Part shown: positions 1-8,774 of the stretch, piece after piece
Numbering within the stretch: the first letter of the stretch is position 1
How the letters are laid out: every line of letters starts with the position of its first letter
Assembly (NCBI GenBank): GCA_964401865.1
Contig: CAYNZZ010000020.1
Span: 1-20,846, forward strand
Direction of reading: 5' to 3'
Source of the DNA: an uncultured Erysipelotrichaceae bacterium
Lineage (GTDB): Bacteria > Bacillota_I > Bacilli_A > Erysipelotrichales > Erysipelotrichaceae
DNA: 20,846 nucleotides
Notes under the pieces: generated by a model
Database searches by the model: none
Told to the model about the DNA's origin: nothing
The model's input: the letters and a program-made list of their open reading frames with translations, nothing else
Made by a program: the position numbers and the translations under genes

Positions 1-2022
1 GCTAATGGTCAAGTGGTTGCACAGGATCAAAGAACATATGATATTATCTGTTATTTGGATAAAAATCGTTTGAGCAATAATAATCAGATTGCGTATGTTG
101 ATGATCCCTTATATACATCGCAGGTTTTATCTAATATTTTAGATATGGATCAAAGTGAAATATTCAAATATCTAACTCAGACCAACTTATATCAGACTGA
201 ACTTGGAATTAAGGGTAGAAATCTATCAGAAGAAGTAAAAGATGAAATATTAAACTATCCAGGAATTCATGGAATTTCATTTAGAGAATCAACAAAGCGT
301 ATTTATCCTTTGGGCAAAAACTTTGCTCCATATTTAGTCGGCTTTGCTCAAAGTGATGAAAATGGCAAATTAATTGGTAGAATGGGTATTGAACAGTATC
401 TAAATGACGAACTATCAGGTAAAGATGGAAAACATGTATATCAGGCTGATAAAAAGGGATATGTACTACCGGGAATGTATGACAGTGTAACTGAAGAAAG
501 AAATGGCTACAATGTTTATTTGACTATTGATACTGCTATTCAGCAAGCTTTAGAGACATCATTCGAAGATGTAGTTAGGGATAATAGCGCTACAAAAGCA
601 TGGGGTGCAGTAATGGAGATTGAGACTGGCAAAATATTGGCTTGGGGTCAAACTCCTGGATTTGATCCAAACGAATTAAATATTGAGGAGTATATGAACT
701 TCGGTTCACAGATGTTATATGAACCAGGTTCGGTCATGAAGAGTATTATATATGCTGCAGCAATGGATATGGGTGTATATGATGGTGACGCTCTGTTTGA
801 TTCTTCGCCATATTGTTATTATGGCAATAATCCGTATCGTGTTTATAGTGGCAGTACATATGGTTGCATTTATAACGCCGGTCAAAAAAATTGGGGTTCA
901 ATACCTTTGGATTATGGATTGATTTATTCATCAAATGTTGCGACTAGTACACTATTAAGTGATTATGTCGGTGTAGATAAATTTGAAGAATATTTGGATG
1001 CTTTTGGATTTTTTAAAGCAGTTGAAACCGATGGAATATTAGAAGAAATAGGTTATAAGAATTATACTTGGCCTTCAGAAAAATTGTCTTTGACTTATGG
1101 ACAAGGATCAAGTGTTACGATGCTTCAAATGTTACAAGCTTATAGTGCTATTTTTGGCAATGGAGAAATGGTTAAACCATATTTCATTGATAAGGTTGTT
1201 GATAGTTATGATTCGTCAAAAATTATTTATCAAGGTGAAAGAACAGTGAGTGGCACGCCAATCAAAGATAGTACCGCCAAGCAAATGCAATCCTTGCTGG
1301 CAAGAGTTGTAAGTGATCCGGCTGGTACGGCCCAGTATTATGGCATTGACGAAGTGGATATCATGGCAAAAACCGGAACATCGGAAATTGCATCATTGAG
1401 TGGCGGATATAACGAGGGTGATTCTATTACGTCGGTTATGTTGGCATTTCCGGTTGAAAATCCGAAATATATGATTTATTACGCCTATGTATCTCCTTAT
1501 GATTACTATCGTCATACATATTCGGAACCGATTACAAACTTTATCAAAAGAGTAGCTATTCTTACTAAGGTCGGATATAATTCAACCGATAATCAAATAG
1601 AGAACACAATATACGAATACACAATGCCTTCTTTAATTAATCGTGATAAGACTTATGTAAGTAAGACTCTAGGTGATTATAATCTAGATGTCATTTATAT
1701 TGGTGATGGAGAAACTGTTATTGAACAATATCCTAAAGATGGAACCAAGGTTTATACTGGCCAAAAAGTATTCTTAAAAACCGATTCAGATAGCATTGAA
1801 TGTCCGGATTTTATATCATGGACAAGAAAAGAAGTGATTGAATACTGGTCAACTAGTGGTTTGCCGTTTGTGCTTGATGGCTATGGAGTAGTATATGAAC
1901 AAAGTGTAGAACCGGGAACTATTATTAATGACGATGTAGAGATTGTGGTTAAACTCAAGGATATCAAACAGGATGTAGCTGAAGATAACTTTGATGAACT
2001 TGATGATGAATTAGATGAATGA
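1..2022 (+). CDS. Class B penicillin-binding protein (PBP2B/FtsI/SpoVD-like transpeptidase) with two C-terminal PASTA-like repeats; 5'-truncated by the window edge
   Basis: Frame 1 is open from nt 1, so the Met at 13 in the ORF track is internal. Transpeptidase motifs are present: S-x-x-K (GSVMKS), S-x-N (YSSNVA) and K-T-G (AKTGTSE). Two ~60-aa PASTA-like repeats sit near the C-terminus (YTMPSLINRD..., IECPDFISWT...). The gene lies directly upstream of mraY-murD, as in dcw clusters. Stop is TGA at 2020-2022. Confidence 0.9.
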   Translation, partial: ANGQVVAQDQRTYDIICYLDKNRLSNNNQIAYVDDPLYTSQVLSNILDMDQSEIFKYLTQTNLYQTELGIKGRNLSEEVKDEILNYPGIHGISFRESTKRIYPLGKNFAPYLVGFAQSDENGKLIGRMGIEQYLNDELSGKDGKHVYQADKKGYVLPGMYDSVTEERNGYNVYLTIDTAIQQALETSFEDVVRDNSATKAWGAVMEIETGKILAWGQTPGFDPNELNIEEYMNFGSQMLYEPGSVMKSIIYAAAMDMGVYDGDALFDSSPYCYYGNNPYRVYSGSTYGCIYNAGQKNWGSIPLDYGLIYSSNVATSTLLSDYVGVDKFEEYLDAFGFFKAVETDGILEEIGYKNYTWPSEKLSLTYGQGSSVTMLQMLQAYSAIFGNGEMVKPYFIDKVVDSYDSSKIIYQGERTVSGTPIKDSTAKQMQSLLARVVSDPAGTAQYYGIDEVDIMAKTGTSEIASLSGGYNEGDSITSVMLAFPVENPKYMIYYAYVSPYDYYRHTYSEPITNFIKRVAILTKVGYNSTDNQIENTIYEYTMPSLINRDKTYVSKTLGDYNLDVIYIGDGETVIEQYPKDGTKVYTGQKVFLKTDSDSIECPDFISWTRKEVIEYWSTSGLPFVLDGYGVVYEQSVEPGTIINDDVEIVVKLKDIKQDVAEDNFDELDDELDE

Positions 2023-2043
2023 AGAGCCTATATAGGCTCTTTT
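2022..2043 (+). terminator. Candidate rho-independent terminator after the PBP gene
   Basis: Perfect 20-nt palindrome AAGAGCCTAT/ATAGGCTCTT (2022-2041) starts inside the stop codon. A short T run (TTT up to 2043) follows; the U-tract is short. Confidence 0.45.
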
Positions 2044-2090
2044 AGTATGACATCAAGAATAAGCTATGCAACAAGATTGCTATTTTATAA

Positions 2091-2119
2091 TTGAAGATTC
2101 AATATATAAATTGTATAAT
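2091..2119 (+). promoter_or_regulatory. Candidate sigma-A promoter upstream of mraY
   Basis: TTGAAG (2091-2096), exact 17-nt spacer, TATAAT (2114-2119). The background is AT-rich, so a chance match is possible. Confidence 0.35.
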
Positions 2120-2128
2120 TCTTTAAGT

Positions 2129-3100
2129 ATGAAATTATCGATGTATGTTGCAATAGTTGCGTTATTATCTTTGGGATTAGTGTTAGTGTTGATGCCAAAA
2201 TTTATCAGATTATTAAAATCTAAAGACTTGTTTCAAGAAGTAAGTGAATATGCGATTGAAGAATATAAAAACAAAGCTAAGACACCAGCGATGGGAGGAG
2301 TTTTGTTTGTAGTAGTGCCGATTATTGTATTATTGGTAGTATGTCCAAATATATTGTCAGATCATAAATCGTTGATGATTTTACTTAGTTATTTCTTATT
2401 TGCACTTATTGGTTTTTTAGATGATTTTTTAATTATCTATTATAAAAATAATAACGGTTTGTCACCAAAGCTTAAATTGTTGATGCAGCTTTTATTTGCG
2501 ATTGTTATTTATTTCTTATTTAAAGATGTAATCGATGGAACTGTATCGATTCCGTATACTGATATTGAAGTTTCTTTTGGTATCTTATATTTACCATTTA
2601 TGGTGCTTTTGTATTCTGCTGAAGCGAATGCTGTTAATTTTACCGATGGAATGGATGGTCTATGTGCAGGCGTATCTTTTATCGCTTTAATTCCTTTTTT
2701 GATTTTTGCTTTTCTTCAAAAAGAGAATAATATTGTGTTAATTATTGTTGCAATACTTGCAAGTTTACTTGGATATTTAAAATACAATAAAGCCCCAGCG
2801 AAGATTTATATGGGCGATAGTGGATCCCTAGCTTTAGGCGCACTTTTTTCTTCCTTAGCCATTGTGTTAAATCAAGAGATAGCTTTATTTTTTGTTGGCG
2901 GAGTATTTGTAGTAGAAATGTTATGTGTATGTATTCAACTAAGTTCGGTAAAATTATTTCATAAGCGTGTATTCTCATATACTCCTATTCATTACGCATT
3001 TCGTTTAAAGGGTATTAAAGATAGAAATATAATTTTAGGTTTCTATTTAGCTGAGGCAATAGTAGGAGTTATAGGTTTGTTGATTGGAGTAGGTTTATGA
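2129..3100 (+). CDS. mraY: Phospho-N-acetylmuramoyl-pentapeptide transferase MraY
   Basis: Polytopic membrane protein with MraY motifs TPAMGG, NAVNFTDGMDGL and MGDSGSLALG. I chose the ATG at 2129 (MKLSMYVAIVALL...PKFIRLLK) because it gives the usual ~30-aa N-terminus before the P-x-F-I-x-x-L-K element. The ORF-track start at 2066 adds 21 non-hydrophobic residues. Neither start has a Shine-Dalgarno. Confidence 0.9.
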   Translation: MKLSMYVAIVALLSLGLVLVLMPKFIRLLKSKDLFQEVSEYAIEEYKNKAKTPAMGGVLFVVVPIIVLLVVCPNILSDHKSLMILLSYFLFALIGFLDDFLIIYYKNNNGLSPKLKLLMQLLFAIVIYFLFKDVIDGTVSIPYTDIEVSFGILYLPFMVLLYSAEANAVNFTDGMDGLCAGVSFIALIPFLIFAFLQKENNIVLIIVAILASLLGYLKYNKAPAKIYMGDSGSLALGALFSSLAIVLNQEIALFFVGGVFVVEMLCVCIQLSSVKLFHKRVFSYTPIHYAFRLKGIKDRNIILGFYLAEAIVGVIGLLIGVGL

Positions 3101-4398
3101 GCAAGATTTTGGTTATAGGGGCAGCTAAAAGTGGTGAGGCAGTAGCTAAGTTTTTAACAAATGAAGGATATGATGTATTTTTAACTGACAGTAAGCTTAT
3201 TGATAATAAAGAAGAATTAGAAGCCAGTGGTATTCATGTTTATGACGGTGGGCATCCTGAATTTTTAAAAGAAGTAGAATATGATTTTATTGTTAAAAAT
3301 CCAGGTATTCCATACCATGTTCCTTTCATTAAATATTTTAATGACAAAAAAGTGCCTATTTATAACGAAATAGAAGTAGCTTCTAGGTTTGTCGATTGGG
3401 AATATGGAGCTATCACTGGTACCAATGGCAAGACAACTGTCACAACTTTATTAGGCTTATTTTTAAAGACCTTGAATAGTCGTAATGAAGCCGTTGGTAA
3501 TATTGGCTTGCCATTAAGTGAAGTGGTGATGAAAAATAAAGAAGAAAAAAACTTAAAAATGGCAGTTGAAATTGCCGCTTTTCAGCTTTTGGGGACTAAG
3601 ACATTTCATCCAACAGTTGCCGTGTGTTTAAATTTAACTCCTGATCATATAGATTATTTTAAAGAATTAGATTTATACTATCGTGCCAAGATGATAATTT
3701 ATCAAAATATGCGTGATGATGATTGGTTCTTGCTTAATATTGATGACGAAAATGTTATCAAATATGCTAAAGATGTTAAATGTAAAATTATTACTTATTC
3801 TTTGTCTAAAGGTGCTGATTTGCGTTTAGAAAATGACAAGATTTATTTATTTGATCAAGTGTTGTTTGATAGAAAAGATTTAAAGATTGTCGGCATGCAC
3901 AATGTTCAGAATGCTATGGTGGCGTCTTGCATGGCGTATAAAATGGGTGTTCCTATAGAAAATATTAGGGAAGTGATTAAAAACTTTAAGGGTGTCGAAC
4001 ATCGCATTGAATATGTCGATACTGTGAATGGTGTGCTTTTTTATAATGATTCTAAGGGAACTAATCCTGATTCAACAATTGTAGCTTTAAATGCTTTTGA
4101 AAAACCGGTATTACTTTTGGCTGGTGGTTATGATAAAAAAACCGGATTCAATCAGATTATTCCATATCTGGATAAAGTTAAAATGATGTATATTTATGGG
4201 GCAACCAGAGAAGAATTGAAGACTATCTATCCAAATGCTCAGGTTTTCGATACGCTTGACCAAGCACTAACCAAGGCTTATCAAGACAGCGAAAATAATG
4301 ATGTCATACTCCTATCGCCAATGTGTGCTAGTTGGGATCAATATCCTAATTATGAAGTTAGAGGCGAACACTTTAAAGAATTAGTGAAGAAACTATGA
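3097..4398 (+). CDS. murD: UDP-N-acetylmuramoylalanine--D-glutamate ligase MurD
   Basis: N-terminal Rossmann motif VIGAAKSG, Mur ligase P-loop GTNGKTT, and the GVEHRIE and NDSKGTN motifs. The start overlaps the mraY stop (ATGA, 3097-3100). GGAG Shine-Dalgarno at 3086-3089. Confidence 0.92.
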   Translation: MSKILVIGAAKSGEAVAKFLTNEGYDVFLTDSKLIDNKEELEASGIHVYDGGHPEFLKEVEYDFIVKNPGIPYHVPFIKYFNDKKVPIYNEIEVASRFVDWEYGAITGTNGKTTVTTLLGLFLKTLNSRNEAVGNIGLPLSEVVMKNKEEKNLKMAVEIAAFQLLGTKTFHPTVAVCLNLTPDHIDYFKELDLYYRAKMIIYQNMRDDDWFLLNIDDENVIKYAKDVKCKIITYSLSKGADLRLENDKIYLFDQVLFDRKDLKIVGMHNVQNAMVASCMAYKMGVPIENIREVIKNFKGVEHRIEYVDTVNGVLFYNDSKGTNPDSTIVALNAFEKPVLLLAGGYDKKTGFNQIIPYLDKVKMMYIYGATREELKTIYPNAQVFDTLDQALTKAYQDSENNDVILLSPMCASWDQYPNYEVRGEHFKELVKKL

Positions 4399-5918
4399 AC
4401 TATCGTTTTATAGATTCTCCTTTATCTCTTAAAGATCGCATTTTGAATACATATTTAGATTCAATCGATTTTAACGATATTTTTAATAGTGACTTCATGC
4501 TTGATTTAAATCAAAATATCTTAATCGAGGCTAAAAAAGAGATTGAAGGTTTAAGGGGAAAAAGAGTATTAATCATTGGCGATTATGATTGTGATGGTAT
4601 TTGTGCCACCACTATCATGAAGGATTTACTTGATTATTTAGGCATTCATAATAATTATTATATTCCTTCACGTTTTAACGAGGGTTATGGTTTATCTTTT
4701 GACCATGTTAAAAAGGCGGTAGATTACAATTTTGATGTCCTTATTACGGTCGATAATGGCATTGTCGCTAACGATGCACTAAGGGAACTTAAAAAGGCCA
4801 ATATTAAAACTATAGTAATCGATCATCACGAATATGAAGAGCTGCCTTGTGCAGATTTTATCTTGCATGGCCGACTTTTATATAAAGATTATCGCAAAGC
4901 ATGTGCTAGTGGTTTATGCTATCTTTTATCGGCAATGTTTAAAAGTGATGATAAGATTTTGGCTTTGGCCGGTATTGCAACTAATGCAGATATGGTAGAA
5001 GTCTTCGGTTATAATCGATGGTTGATCAAAAAAGCGAGAGAAATCTTAAATCGAGGTGGTATTACCTGTATTAATGCCCTTAGTGGCAAAAAGAATGGTT
5101 ATACATATGATGATTTGTCTTTTATGGTAGCTTCCAAACTCAATTCGGTATCGAGAATAGATAAGGGATCGAATGTAAATGCGATACCTTATTTCTTGCT
5201 AGAAAAAGACGAAAAAAAGATTTATGAAGAAGCAGAAAAAATCAAAAAAATAAATGATTTAAGAAAGAATTTAAGCGATGTCATGTCTAAAAAAGCGATG
5301 TCTTTAACTGATGAGAGCGATTTCTGCATTATATATGATGACCATTTCTTGGAGGGTCTTTGCGGATTGGTGGCGAATAGAGTTGGAAAGGCAATTAACA
5401 AACCATGTCTTGTATTAGCACCGGGTAAAGATTTGATCAAGGGAAGTGGCAGAAGTATTGGTGAATTTGATATTTTAAATCATTTAAAACAATTTGAAGG
5501 ATACTTTGAAACGTTGGGAGGACATAAACAAGCAGTCGGCGTTTCGCTAAAAAAAGAAGCCCTGCACAGTCTAATAAACACAGTTAAAACTTCACCGTGC
5601 GCTTTTATCGAAAAGAGTGTTGAATGTATCGTGGTTAAAGATGATGAAATAAATGATGAAACACTAAATCTTTTATCTAGCATGCAGCCGTTTGGCACGG
5701 GATTTGAAGAACCGTTATTTTATATGAATGATATTTGTGTTAAGTCTAAATATCTCATTAAACAGATGTATGCCAAATATTTGTTTACTAATGGCTTAAA
5801 TGCTATTAGTTTCAATCGTGAAGATTATGATAAAAACTTCAGTTGTGTTGTAGGTTATCTAAAAGAAGATTCGTATCGAAAAAACCGTCTTTCAATGCAA
5901 ATTCAAGCTTTATTTTAG
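4395..5918 (+). CDS. recJ: Single-stranded-DNA-specific exonuclease RecJ (short 507-aa form, DHH/DHHA1)
   Basis: DHH-family motifs are present: GDYDCDG (I), ITVDNG (III), VIDHHE (IV), and the DHHA1 motif GGHKQAVG. The start overlaps the murD stop (ATGA, 4395-4398). apt-relA follows, as in the conserved Firmicute recJ-apt-relA arrangement. Confidence 0.8.
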   Translation: MNYRFIDSPLSLKDRILNTYLDSIDFNDIFNSDFMLDLNQNILIEAKKEIEGLRGKRVLIIGDYDCDGICATTIMKDLLDYLGIHNNYYIPSRFNEGYGLSFDHVKKAVDYNFDVLITVDNGIVANDALRELKKANIKTIVIDHHEYEELPCADFILHGRLLYKDYRKACASGLCYLLSAMFKSDDKILALAGIATNADMVEVFGYNRWLIKKAREILNRGGITCINALSGKKNGYTYDDLSFMVASKLNSVSRIDKGSNVNAIPYFLLEKDEKKIYEEAEKIKKINDLRKNLSDVMSKKAMSLTDESDFCIIYDDHFLEGLCGLVANRVGKAINKPCLVLAPGKDLIKGSGRSIGEFDILNHLKQFEGYFETLGGHKQAVGVSLKKEALHSLINTVKTSPCAFIEKSVECIVVKDDEINDETLNLLSSMQPFGTGFEEPLFYMNDICVKSKYLIKQMYAKYLFTNGLNAISFNREDYDKNFSCVVGYLKEDSYRKNRLSMQIQALF

Positions 5919-5965
5919 GCTAGGAATGATATGATAATGTTGTTTTTATATAATGGGGGAAGGTT

Positions 5966-6478
5966 ATGAATTTAAAAGAATATATATCAGAAGTACCTGA
6001 TTTTCCTAAAAAGGGAATTTTGTTTTATGATATTACTACTTTGATGCAGGATGGCGAAGCCTTCCATGAAGCTACAAGTCATATTGTGGAATTTGCAAAA
6101 AATATTAATGCTGAAGTAGTTGTTGGTCCTGAATCAAGAGGTTTCATTTTTGGATGCCCAGTCAGCTATGAATTAAATATTGGATTCGTGCCAGTTAGAA
6201 AACCTAATAAATTACCTCGTGAAACAATATCTTATTCATATGATCTTGAATATGGTAGCAATGAGTTGCACATGCATAAAGATGCTATTAAAAAAGGTCA
6301 AAAAGTATTGATTGTTGACGATTTATTAGCTACAGGTGGAACTATTGAAGCTGCTATCAAATTGGTTGAAAGTTTAGGTGGCGAAGTTGTTGGTTGTGCT
6401 TTTTTAATTGAACTTAAAGAATTACACGGCAGAGACAAATTGAAAGATTATCAAGTATTGACATTGATGGAGTATTAA
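5966..6478 (+). CDS. apt: Adenine phosphoribosyltransferase
   Basis: 170 aa. PRPP-binding motif [13 protein letters not shown]. Typical Apt N-terminus ([16 protein letters not shown]). Strong Shine-Dalgarno GGGGGAAGG at 5955-5963. Confidence 0.93.
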   Translation: MNLKEYISEVPDFPKKGILFYDITTLMQDGEAFHEATSHIVEFAKNINAEVVVGPESRGFIFGCPVSYELNIGFVPVRKPNKLPRETISYSYDLEYGSNELHMHKDAIKKGQKVLIVDDLLATGGTIEAAIKLVESLGGEVVGCAFLIELKELHGRDKLKDYQVLTLMEY

Positions 6479-6492
6479 TTTATTTTTATCGT

Positions 6493-8682
6493 ATGAAACA
6501 AATCGTTCTAACAAGGGATATTTTTTACGATCAGGTTAAATCTTATATAAAAAACGAAGAATCGATTAATCTGATTGAAAAATCATATAGATATGCTGAG
6601 CAAAAGCATAGCGGTCAATTTAGGAAGAGTGGTGAACCGTATTTTGTTCATGTCTTCAATGTTGCTTATGTATTAGCTCAACTGCATTCATCACCAGTTA
6701 CTATCAGTGCTGGTTTTTTGCATGATGTCGTAGAGGACTGTGGTGTTACAAAAGAGGAATTTGTCGAAGAATTCGGCGAAGAAATCTATAATATCGTCGA
6801 AGCTGTTACAAAAATTGGTAATCTGGAGTTCAAAGATGAAAAAGAATATTTAGCCGCTAATCATCGCAAGATTTTTATTGCGATGGCAAAAGATGTGCGC
6901 GTTATTTTGGTTAAATTGGTTGATAGACTTCATAATATGCGCACTTTACAGTATCAACCAGTGGAAAAACAAAGAAAAATCGCTCAGGAAACACTAGAAG
7001 TATATGCTCCAATTGCTCACCGTTTAGGTATTGCGGAAATAAAGAACGAACTAGAAGATTTATGTTTCTATTATTTGAATAATGAGAAATATCACGAAAT
7101 TGCAAGACTAGTTGAAAATAAGAAATCAGAACGTGATGCTTATGTCAAAACAATGATTGAAGATATTTCTAAATCATTGAATGAGCACAATATTCCATTT
7201 AGGATTTTTGGTCGTAGTAAACATCTTTATTCAATTTATAAAAAGATGGAAACTAAGCATAAGCGTTTTGAAGAAATCTTGGATTTATTAGCTATTCGTA
7301 TCGTCACACAAACTGAACTTAACTGTTATGAAATATTAGGATATATTCATGCTTCATACCGTCCAATACCCGGTCGTTTGAAAGATTATATCGCTATGCC
7401 TAAGACCAATATGTATCAGTCGTTACATACAACTGTTGTCGGTATTGAAGGGTGTATTTTTGAGGTTCAAATCAGAACCGAAGAGATGGATTCAATTGCT
7501 GAAAAAGGTATTGCTGCTCACTGGTCATATAAAGAGGGAAAAACTACTAATCACACCAAGGAGCAAAGCGAAATTGTTAAGGAATTAGAATGGCTTAAAG
7601 CTTTTGAAGAAAGCAGCATTGATGCAAATACGTACATGAATACTGTTATTGAAGATGTCTTTCATGCCAATATATACTGTATGACACCAAAGGGAAGAAT
7701 CATCGACTTGCCTAATGGTTCGACGCCTATTGACTTTGCTTATCGTATTCATACCGAAGTAGGACATCAGACGGTTGGTGCTACTGTCAATTCAACGCTT
7801 GTACCATTAAATACCAAATTAAAAACTGGCGATGTGGTAGAATTGAAGACCAATAAGAATTCCGGACCTAGTGAAGATTGGCTTAAGATAGTTAAGACTA
7901 ATAATGCAAGAAATAAAATTAGAGCTTATTTGACTAAGAAGGAAACTGAACAGCGTCAGGAAATGATCAAACAGGGCGAAGTTATGCTTAAAGAGGATAT
8001 GAAACGCCGCGATATTGATCCTGAAGAATACTTTGACACTAAGAAGTTCGAAAGTATTTATGGCCAATTTCAAATCGCTAACTACAATGAGTTTATGTAT
8101 GCAATCGCCTGTAAGTCTCTTTCTACTCAGGCAGTAATTGAAAAATTAGTTAAAGTTTCTAAAAAAGGTTTAAATAAAGATACATTAAATCAGATTTTAG
8201 AGAAAAATAAGACTCACAGAAAAGCATCGACATCAAAAACTGGCATTGTGGTCGATGGTGTCGATTCAATGAAGATTTCTATGGCTGCTTGTTGCAACCC
8301 GATATACAACGACGAAATAGTTGGTTATGTTACAAAAGGCCAGGGTATCAAAGTTCATCGCAAGGATTGTCCAAATATCAAAAATGAAAAGAGCAGATTG
8401 ATAAGTGTCAGTTGGGATGAAGAAAGAGATCCAAATATTAAATATGAAACCGATATTCGCATATTCTGTAAAGATAGAAACTTCTTACTCACTGATTTAA
8501 TTACCGTAATTGCTCAATATAAAGCGAGATTATTGGATGTTAATGTAACAGTGAATAAAGAGGATTTCACTGCGACCGCCAATATGACATTGGTAGTTAA
8601 AGATACCGAACATCTACAGACTATCATCTCTAATTTGAAAAAGATTAATAGTGTTCTATTAGTTGAAAGAGTTATCAAATAG
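6493..8682 (+). CDS. relA: Bifunctional (p)ppGpp synthetase/hydrolase, long RSH (Rel/RelA-SpoT)
   Basis: HD hydrolase domain (HSGQFRKSGEPYFVHVF, HDVVED). Synthetase motifs (YRPIPGRLKDYIAMPKTNMYQSLHTTV, EVQIRTEEMD). TGS region (TPKGRIIDLPNGSTPIDFAYRIHTEVG). C-terminal ACT-like domain. 729 aa. Confidence 0.94.
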   Translation: MKQIVLTRDIFYDQVKSYIKNEESINLIEKSYRYAEQKHSGQFRKSGEPYFVHVFNVAYVLAQLHSSPVTISAGFLHDVVEDCGVTKEEFVEEFGEEIYNIVEAVTKIGNLEFKDEKEYLAANHRKIFIAMAKDVRVILVKLVDRLHNMRTLQYQPVEKQRKIAQETLEVYAPIAHRLGIAEIKNELEDLCFYYLNNEKYHEIARLVENKKSERDAYVKTMIEDISKSLNEHNIPFRIFGRSKHLYSIYKKMETKHKRFEEILDLLAIRIVTQTELNCYEILGYIHASYRPIPGRLKDYIAMPKTNMYQSLHTTVVGIEGCIFEVQIRTEEMDSIAEKGIAAHWSYKEGKTTNHTKEQSEIVKELEWLKAFEESSIDANTYMNTVIEDVFHANIYCMTPKGRIIDLPNGSTPIDFAYRIHTEVGHQTVGATVNSTLVPLNTKLKTGDVVELKTNKNSGPSEDWLKIVKTNNARNKIRAYLTKKETEQRQEMIKQGEVMLKEDMKRRDIDPEEYFDTKKFESIYGQFQIANYNEFMYAIACKSLSTQAVIEKLVKVSKKGLNKDTLNQILEKNKTHRKASTSKTGIVVDGVDSMKISMAACCNPIYNDEIVGYVTKGQGIKVHRKDCPNIKNEKSRLISVSWDEERDPNIKYETDIRIFCKDRNFLLTDLITVIAQYKARLLDVNVTVNKEDFTATANMTLVVKDTEHLQTIISNLKKINSVLLVERVIK

Positions 8683-8708
8683 TTATCTTAATTGATAACT
8701 TTTTTATT
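8681..8708 (+). terminator. Rho-independent terminator after relA
   Basis: Stem AGTTATC (8681-8687) / GATAACT (8694-8700) with a 6-nt loop, followed by TTTTTATTT. Confidence 0.6.
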
Positions 8709-8710
8709 TA

Positions 8711-8739
8711 TTGAGTTCATTAACTAATTAAAGTAGAAT
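8711..8739 (+). promoter_or_regulatory. Candidate sigma-A promoter of the galM-galK pair
   Basis: TTGAGT (8711-8716), 17-nt spacer, TAGAAT (8734-8739). It lies immediately after the relA terminator and 36 nt upstream of the galM ATG. Confidence 0.4.
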
Positions 8740-8749
8740 GATAATGTAA

Positions 8750-8763
8750 GTAAAACGCTTTCA
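8750..8763. promoter_or_regulatory. Possible cre / LacI-family operator half-match
   Basis: GTAAAACGCTTTCA matches the cre consensus TGWAANCGNTNWCA at 12 of 14 positions. The right half CGCTTTCA is perfect; the first two bases mismatch. It sits just downstream of the candidate -10. Internal dyad symmetry is weak. Confidence 0.25.
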
Positions 8764-8774
8764 TTGGGGATTGT

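Noticed and set aside
746-934. 62-aa minus-strand ORF inside the PBP gene
   Set aside because: It is fully antisense to a strongly supported CDS. Its composition is His/Asn-rich and low-complexity, and it has no Shine-Dalgarno. It is a typical shadow ORF in AT-rich DNA.
2066-2128. ORF-track start of mraY at 2066 (extra N-terminal MQQDCYFIIEDSIYKLYNSLS)
   Set aside because: These residues are not hydrophobic and are unlike MraY N-termini. They overlap the candidate promoter. The start at 2129 gives the expected TM1 and PKFIRLLK spacing.
2742-2978. 78-aa minus-strand ORF inside mraY
   Set aside because: It is antisense to the conserved MraY core and has no recognisable motif or ribosome-binding site.
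5222-5698. Two 72-aa minus-strand ORFs (5222-5440, 5480-5698) inside recJ
   Set aside because: They are antisense shadows of the DHHA1 region, with no motifs and no start context.
5949-5954. TATAAT hexamer just upstream of apt, considered as a promoter
   Set aside because: It lies only 12 nt from the start codon, so a transcript from it would lack the strong GGGGGAAGG Shine-Dalgarno. It also has no plausible -35 box.
6479-6492. Lack of any Shine-Dalgarno in the 14-nt apt-relA gap, considered as a mis-called relA start
   Set aside because: The N-terminus from 6493 aligns with the usual RSH start, about 35 aa before the H-x-G-Q-x-R-x-S-G-E-P-Y motif. No in-frame upstream start exists after the apt stop. 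It probably relies on coupling or Shine-Dalgarno-independent initiation.
6911-8073. Three minus-strand ORFs (6911-7105, 7585-7767, 7819-8073) inside relA
   Set aside because: They are antisense to the conserved HD, synthetase and TGS domains. Their composition mirrors the sense codon bias.
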